The notes below the pieces were generated by a model. The model was not told the origin of the DNA. It worked only from the letters and a program-made list of their open reading frames with translations, and made no database searches. From NCBI GenBank assembly GCA_016840035.1, contig JAEOTC010000208.1:1-41661 (forward strand): 41,661 nucleotides of DNA, written 5' to 3'. Made by a program: the position numbers and the translations under genes. Of the stretch, positions 36,528 through 41,661 are shown in pieces (position 1 is the first letter of the stretch; each line of letters starts with the position of its first letter). This DNA is from Candidatus Hodarchaeota archaeon (GTDB lineage Archaea > Asgardarchaeota > Heimdallarchaeia > Hodarchaeales > Hodarchaeaceae).

Positions 36528-38291
36528 ATGAGAAGGGATAAAAGAAATAATGACAAGAAAAAGCTAGTATTCTTTCTGGTATTTATTACACTTTTAGTGT
36601 TCTTAGGGTCATCTATTAGAATGTTGAATGCTGGTACGCAGCATAGAAGCCATAATATCCGTTCTTCGATGAGTTTAATTGATAGTCCTGCAATATCAAT
36701 AAATGGAAATCAAGAGTTAATCGACTTTGTAAATGCTAGTGGGGATGTTTTTTTGTTAGGGAACATTACACATCCACTGTTGATACAAAATCTAAATATT
36801 TCAGGTACCTCTGGGAATAGAATCACGATTCGTAATACAAATTTGCATTTCCGAATCACAGGCTGTTACCTCGATGGAGGAGCTGATGGCATACACTTTT
36901 CCAATGTCACGTTTGGCCAAATCGTGAATACAACTGTAATTAATAGTGGATCCGAAGGAATATGGTTAGAATCTTCCCCCTATGCCATGATTAGGAATAA
37001 TACGGTTGAAAATTCGTACCAAGACGGAATAACGTTGCATAGTTCCCGAAGGTCAAAAATAACAGATAATCGAGTTATTCATGCAGGAACTAGTCTTTCG
37101 ACTGGTTATGGAATGTATGTTTATGGATCCCCGTATGCATATGTTGCTAACAATTATGTGTTTGAAAGTTATTATGCAGCAATAGAACTAGCGGATGGAT
37201 CACCTCACAGTTCGCTCTTGAATAACACAGTCATCAGGAATATGGTTGCTCATTCTCTTGCCTCTACTAACTCTCCCAATGCAACGGTATTGTATAATAA
37301 AATCTATGGTGCTGGTACACAGGGAATAACTATACGGTACTCAAATCGTTCAGTTGTTGAATGGAATGAGGTTCAAGATGATTATTATGGGATTTTATTA
37401 TTGTTTAGCTGGAATACTAATGTTTCGTACAATACTTTGATAGGAAATGAAATAGGTATACATGCAAGAAATATAGTGAATAATTCGATTATATCTCATA
37501 ACATACTTTTGAATAACCACAACGGAATTCACAGTTGGAACGCAGATTCAGCAATATATTATGACAATTTAATTAAAAATTCTACCGCTTTCGGGTTGAT
37601 ACTTGAAACTTCATCAAATAATCAGATATTCAGAAATGATTTCATCAATAACAATCCTACAGGCAATTCACAAGTAACAGATTTTGATAATACATTCGAA
37701 GAAAATAATGTTAGTTATAACTATTGGTCTGATCACACTTCCCCGGATTCAAACAATGATGGCATTGTGGATCAACCCTACAGCTTTTTGGGGGACTCTG
37801 CAAATGAGGATTCAAGACCATTAGTATACAATACCGGAACATTAGCACCTGTTAGTATTTTATATCCCTCGGGGGGTCAAGAAGTAACAGGTGTTGTTAC
37901 TATAGATTGGACTCCTTCAGCAAACCCATTAAAACGTGTTTTATCGTATAACGTCTATACAAAAACTGTATCTGAAGTCGAATGGACTGAAATTGCTTCT
38001 AGCTTACTGGATACATCTTATAGCTGGGATATCAGTTCATATCCAGAAGGCAATTATTTATTGAAGGTGAAAGTTAGTTCTACAGATGGATTAGAAACTG
38101 AGATAATTTCCGATAGTCCGTTTACTATAACCTCAGAATTGACGGATACAACAACAACAACTACAACTCTTCCCCTCTCAACTACTACCGAACCATCTAG
38201 TGCTCCGTTTAGTGGTTTTTTCTCTATAATTGGAGTCATTTTCATAACTAGACGGTACAAAAAGCGCTTTAGGAAAAAATTAGAGAAATAA
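36528..38291 (+). CDS. Surface protein with NosD/right-handed parallel beta-helix, Ig/FN3-like domain and C-terminal anchor
   Basis: GI.L..S....I.NN repeats, NYWSD...DSNNDGIVDQPY, ILYPSGGQ...W; Thr-rich linker, TM, basic tail. Confidence 0.88.
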   Translation: MRRDKRNNDKKKLVFFLVFITLLVFLGSSIRMLNAGTQHRSHNIRSSMSLIDSPAISINGNQELIDFVNASGDVFLLGNITHPLLIQNLNISGTSGNRITIRNTNLHFRITGCYLDGGADGIHFSNVTFGQIVNTTVINSGSEGIWLESSPYAMIRNNTVENSYQDGITLHSSRRSKITDNRVIHAGTSLSTGYGMYVYGSPYAYVANNYVFESYYAAIELADGSPHSSLLNNTVIRNMVAHSLASTNSPNATVLYNKIYGAGTQGITIRYSNRSVVEWNEVQDDYYGILLLFSWNTNVSYNTLIGNEIGIHARNIVNNSIISHNILLNNHNGIHSWNADSAIYYDNLIKNSTAFGLILETSSNNQIFRNDFINNNPTGNSQVTDFDNTFEENNVSYNYWSDHTSPDSNNDGIVDQPYSFLGDSANEDSRPLVYNTGTLAPVSILYPSGGQEVTGVVTIDWTPSANPLKRVLSYNVYTKTVSEVEWTEIASSLLDTSYSWDISSYPEGNYLLKVKVSSTDGLETEIISDSPFTITSELTDTTTTTTTLPLSTTTEPSSAPFSGFFSIIGVIFITRRYKKRFRKKLEK

Positions 38292-38318
38292 TTGAAGGAT
38301 GGAGATCTTACGTTCTTA

Positions 38319-38924
38319 TTATTTCGAGTTTTTTCTTGAAGGAGGATTTACCTGAACAATCGAAGCTGCTTTTTCTGCTGTAAAAACTAACTCTGAAAAG
38401 ATCTCCTTCGTGACAAAGGGAGGGTGAAATTCAAGTGTGTTAGTGAATTTTTGGATAAATTCCTCTTTTGACAAGTTTTGGTCCTTTAATTTCCCTAGAA
38501 GCTGGTAGCTTCTTGTCGGTCTCTCAATCCACCTTACAATCTCATCTCCATCTTCATCTGCAAATATAATAACTGGAATTTTCTTTCTTCCAGCAGTAGA
38601 GTAGAATGTATCGAATTCTTTTATCCACTCATCCCGAGACGTAATCCGAAAATCCCAGCTTGTCATTAGGTTTGAAATTACAGCAATAATTGGAACTCCA
38701 TTTGCACAATCAATACACCAACGTTCAGCTATGCATAATACACGTAATTTTTCATTCATTTGTGCAGTTTGATCTTCTGTTAACTTTTGAGCTGCATTTT
38801 GTGCTGCATTATAATTAGCATCCATTTTTTCTTGATACTTAACACTTTTATCGACATAATTCTGGTAAGAAATTCCCCTTTCATATAATTTATTAAAAAT
38901 TTCTCGTTTTTTCATTCGAATCAT
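38319..38924 (-). CDS. Thioredoxin-family protein (Thioredoxin_9-like)
   Basis: IAERWCIDC...P, GRKKIPVIIF, WIERP. Confidence 0.88.
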   Translation of the reverse strand: MIRMKKREIFNKLYERGISYQNYVDKSVKYQEKMDANYNAAQNAAQKLTEDQTAQMNEKLRVLCIAERWCIDCANGVPIIAVISNLMTSWDFRITSRDEWIKEFDTFYSTAGRKKIPVIIFADEDGDEIVRWIERPTRSYQLLGKLKDQNLSKEEFIQKFTNTLEFHPPFVTKEIFSELVFTAEKAASIVQVNPPSRKNSK

Positions 38925-38978
38925 CTTGAAACAACATTATCAGGAATATTATCAAGAGGAAAATCTATTTAAACGTTA

Positions 38979-39000
38979 GCTACTAAGTACTAATAGTAGC
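38979..39000. promoter_or_regulatory. TrmB-type operator candidate
   Basis: gctacta-N8-tagtagc inverted repeat containing TACT-aat-AGTA (38988-38998), between divergent thioredoxin and TrmB genes. Confidence 0.6.
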
Positions 39001-39023
39001 AAGTAGTAACATTTAAGGCTTGG

Positions 39024-39821
39024 ATGTACACCATGGGAAATTCCATATCTGAAAAATCTGATTTATACGATGATTCAACACCTGGAAAATTAGTAAATTT
39101 ACTGATAGAAGTAGGACTTTCACAAACTCAGGCACAAGTCTATTTAGAATTAGTGAAACAGAAAGAAACTACTGCAAGTAATCTCTGTAGAGCAACAGGA
39201 GTAAAAAGTTCTCGGATATATAGTATCTTGAGCGAACTCGAGCAGCTAGGACTTGTAATGGTTCTGAATACGTCTCCAAAGCAGTATATTGTTACTTCAT
39301 TGGCTGAAGGACTTCCTAACATCGAAGAACTTATTGAAAAAGAATACACCAAGAAAAAGGAGATAATAAAGGAGTTAAACTTGCGATTAACGCCTCTCTT
39401 CGATTCATCTTCTACAATTCCATCTGTTATGGCATTCATTATTAAAGGGAGAAGAGCAATTATTGCCAAGATACATCAAGAGTTATCAAAAGTCGATCAA
39501 GAGGTTCTGATTAGATTTCCCGCTCCGAAGCTATATTTTGAGTTTGAACCTGTACTATTAGAGTTACAAATTGCTGGAATAAAGATCAATGCTGGCTTAT
39601 GTCAACAATCTCTGAATAAATTAAGAGAAAATTCTTCACGCATACCAGAAATACCATTGACTATATGCAAACGATGTTGTGATTGTTTTTACTTAATGGT
39701 TGATCAAAATTATCTGCTTTCGGTTTCTAATTGGGCGTCACCTAACGTATACGCCATTTGGACTTCAGATACAAGCCTAATTAATATTACTTCATTCTTT
39801 AGCAGCTCCAATGTTGCGTAA
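39024..39821 (+). CDS. TrmB-family transcriptional regulator
   Basis: GLSQTQAQVYLEL...TGVKSSRIYSILSELEQLGLV...PKQY, coiled coil, IIKGR effector domain. Confidence 0.9.
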   Translation: MYTMGNSISEKSDLYDDSTPGKLVNLLIEVGLSQTQAQVYLELVKQKETTASNLCRATGVKSSRIYSILSELEQLGLVMVLNTSPKQYIVTSLAEGLPNIEELIEKEYTKKKEIIKELNLRLTPLFDSSSTIPSVMAFIIKGRRAIIAKIHQELSKVDQEVLIRFPAPKLYFEFEPVLLELQIAGIKINAGLCQQSLNKLRENSSRIPEIPLTICKRCCDCFYLMVDQNYLLSVSNWASPNVYAIWTSDTSLINITSFFSSSNVA

Positions 39822-39887
39822 TACACCTCAATTTTGAGAAAGGGGGACAGATAGAAGTAACCTGAAGGGATTCCCCTCCTTCCCAAA

Positions 39888-40086
39888 TTATGTTCCCAAA
39901 ACTGATCTTGTTATTTTGATAACCTTTGTTCTAAAGAAAATGACAATATTAATTCCCAATGGAATACCGGTAGCCATGATGATGGGGAAATAAGGTGTGG
40001 TTTGGAATATTGTGAAAAATGCGAAAATAATCTGTGCATACCAGCCAATAAAAGAAGTTAAAAGAGAGATATAGGATGAACTTCAT
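39888..40086 (-). pseudogene. Possible remnant of a small membrane-protein gene
   Basis: Start-less hydrophobic frame SSYISLLTSFIGWYAQIIFAFFTIFQTTPYFPIIMATGIPLGINIVIFFRTK...; ATG at 40086 is one base out of frame. Confidence 0.25.
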
Positions 40087-40110
40087 AGACTCTTTAAGGA
40101 GGAAATTTGT

Positions 40111-40479
40111 TTGAAAGATTTGACAATAATTGTAGAAGATAGGCCAGGCACGTTCGCAGATATATGTGAGGCGCTAGGTAAAGCGAAAATTAACATTGAA
40201 GGGCATTGTGGATTTCCTTGTGAGGGAAAATCCATAGCTCATCTGTTGGTAAAAGATGCCCCTGCAGCTCGTCGTATACTAGAAAAAGTAGGTATCGAGG
40301 TAGTTAAAGAACAGGAAGTTCTTTTAATAGAACTTGAAGATCGACCTGGTGAGTTAGGTAAGACAGTTCGCAAAATAGCCAATGCTGGAGTTAATTTAGG
40401 TCATACCTACCTTGCTACAAACACTCGAATAATCGTGGAAGCTGATGACCTTGATAAAGCTCTCAGTGCATTGGAATAA
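40111..40479 (+). CDS. Tandem ACT-domain protein
   Basis: VEDRPGTFADI...INI and LEDRPGELGK...VNL; AGGAGG SD before TTG. Confidence 0.9.
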   Translation: MKDLTIIVEDRPGTFADICEALGKAKINIEGHCGFPCEGKSIAHLLVKDAPAARRILEKVGIEVVKEQEVLLIELEDRPGELGKTVRKIANAGVNLGHTYLATNTRIIVEADDLDKALSALE

Positions 40480-40546
40480 ATCATATCCTAAAACGAGATT
40501 AAAAAAACTTGATGATTTAAAGAAATGACGTTTAGTGTAGGGAAAA

Positions 40547-41440
40547 ATGATGAAAAACAGTTGGAATCATTCTTATCAAGATTTAGGTGACCTAACATTA
40601 CATTATGTCGAAAAAGGTTCTGGAAAACTGCTTATAATGCTTCATGGCTTTCCAGATTTTTGGTACACATGGAGACATCAAATAACTGCATTATCAAAAA
40701 CTTACCGAGTTGTTGCACCTGATTTACGGGGATATAATAAAAGTGATAAGCCGATAGGGGTTGATAAATATCATACATTAATCCTTTCTCAAGATATCAC
40801 AGCACTTATCGAAGCATTGGGTGAAAGTAAGGCTATCATTGTTGGTCATGATTGGGGTGGAGCCGTGGCGTGGAATATTGCGATGATGGCCCCTGATTAT
40901 GTAGAAAAACTCGTTATCTTGAACTGTCCTCATCCTATACCTTTGGTTGAAGCATTTTGGGGGCTGAGATTTCGTCAGCTTCAGAAAAGTTGGTATATTT
41001 TCCTTTTCCAATTAATGGAGGGTCCAGAAGAAGTATTGAGTAAAAATAATTACGAAGCACTGAAAAAAATGCTTAGAGAATCCACGAGACACAATCTGTT
41101 TAGTGAAGAGGAATTGAAGAAATATGTCGAATCATGGTCTCAACCTGGAGCATTAACAGCAAGTATCAATTATTACCGTGCGAATTGGAATCTAGTAAAG
41201 ATAATGACCATGACAAAGGAAAGACAAGAAAAGCTCAAAGCGAGAACACCAAAAGTGAAATGTCCCACTCTTGTGATTTGGGGAGAAAAAGATATTGCCC
41301 TTGATAAGTCTTTAACCAAAGGAATGGAGAAATACATAGAAAGTTCGTTTGAAATTAAGTTTTTGGCCGAATGTGGGCATTGGGCTCATCTAGAAGAACC
41401 TAACATCGTGAATGAGTATATATTATCTTTTGTAAAATGA
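40547..41440 (+). CDS. Alpha/beta hydrolase, epoxide hydrolase family
   Basis: HGFPD, PDLRGYN, GHDWGG nucleophile, NYYRA, WGEKD, GHW. Confidence 0.93.
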   Translation: MMKNSWNHSYQDLGDLTLHYVEKGSGKLLIMLHGFPDFWYTWRHQITALSKTYRVVAPDLRGYNKSDKPIGVDKYHTLILSQDITALIEALGESKAIIVGHDWGGAVAWNIAMMAPDYVEKLVILNCPHPIPLVEAFWGLRFRQLQKSWYIFLFQLMEGPEEVLSKNNYEALKKMLRESTRHNLFSEEELKKYVESWSQPGALTASINYYRANWNLVKIMTMTKERQEKLKARTPKVKCPTLVIWGEKDIALDKSLTKGMEKYIESSFEIKFLAECGHWAHLEEPNIVNEYILSFVK

Positions 41441-41661
41441 TTTAAGAAAGAAAACCCTAATTTTTTCTAAGTACTTTTTTAAAACTAATTCTACTTCTCT
41501 AAAAATTCTTTTTAATCAGTGTCTTCAAACAAATCAGTACTTCGTAACTATGAGAGAGGTTGAACTCAGTGAAATTAAGAAGGAGAAAGATTTAAATGTG
41601 GAGAGAAGCTATTAGTAGTTATCATGACCAAAATCAAACTACCTCGCTTTCCACCACGAAA

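Noticed and set aside
929-41011. Many short track ORFs overlapping longer genes (e.g. 929..1141, 1367..1684, 10054..10350, 20780..21082, 23462..23818, 27019..27417, 39140..39469)
   Set aside because: They are antisense or alternate-frame shadows of well-supported CDSs with no recognisable motifs.
24055-41440. Accessory region as a mobile element or defence island
   Set aside because: No integrase, transposase, terminal repeats or recognisable defence genes, and no obvious compositional shift by eye.

Overview
AT-rich, gene-dense archaeal DNA. It is most likely from an Asgard archaeon (Heimdallarchaeia/Hodarchaeales-like), inferred from a Rag-type GTPase-roadblock fusion, longin-like proteins, TrmB/ArsR/PadR regulators and secreted proteins with Ser/Thr linker + TM + basic tails. 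I found no rRNA, tRNA, CRISPR array, transposase or reverse transcriptase. The standout is a three-gene cluster at 11071-24020: (i) a RagA/Gtr1-like GTPase with a C-terminal roadblock domain; (ii) a divergently transcribed 3597-aa single-pass surface protein with putative ligand-binding heads, 17 cadherin/Ig-like repeats and a cytoplasmic tail resembling the FLCN/SMCR8/NPRL2 longin domain, including an 'EARG' candidate arginine finger; (iii) a convergent soluble longin-like + gelsolin-like + PCI-like protein. Together they suggest a receptor-coupled Rag-GAP signalling module (inference). The rest is accessory metabolism, surface proteins and regulators. It includes an internally duplicated winged-helix/CDF transporter, a Cys-rich TrmB opposite a thioredoxin with a TACT-N3-AGTA box, several operator-like palindromes and a ~90-nt hairpin in a long intergenic region. 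All family calls come from motif recognition by eye, and eukaryotic reference motifs are quoted from memory; no searches were run.
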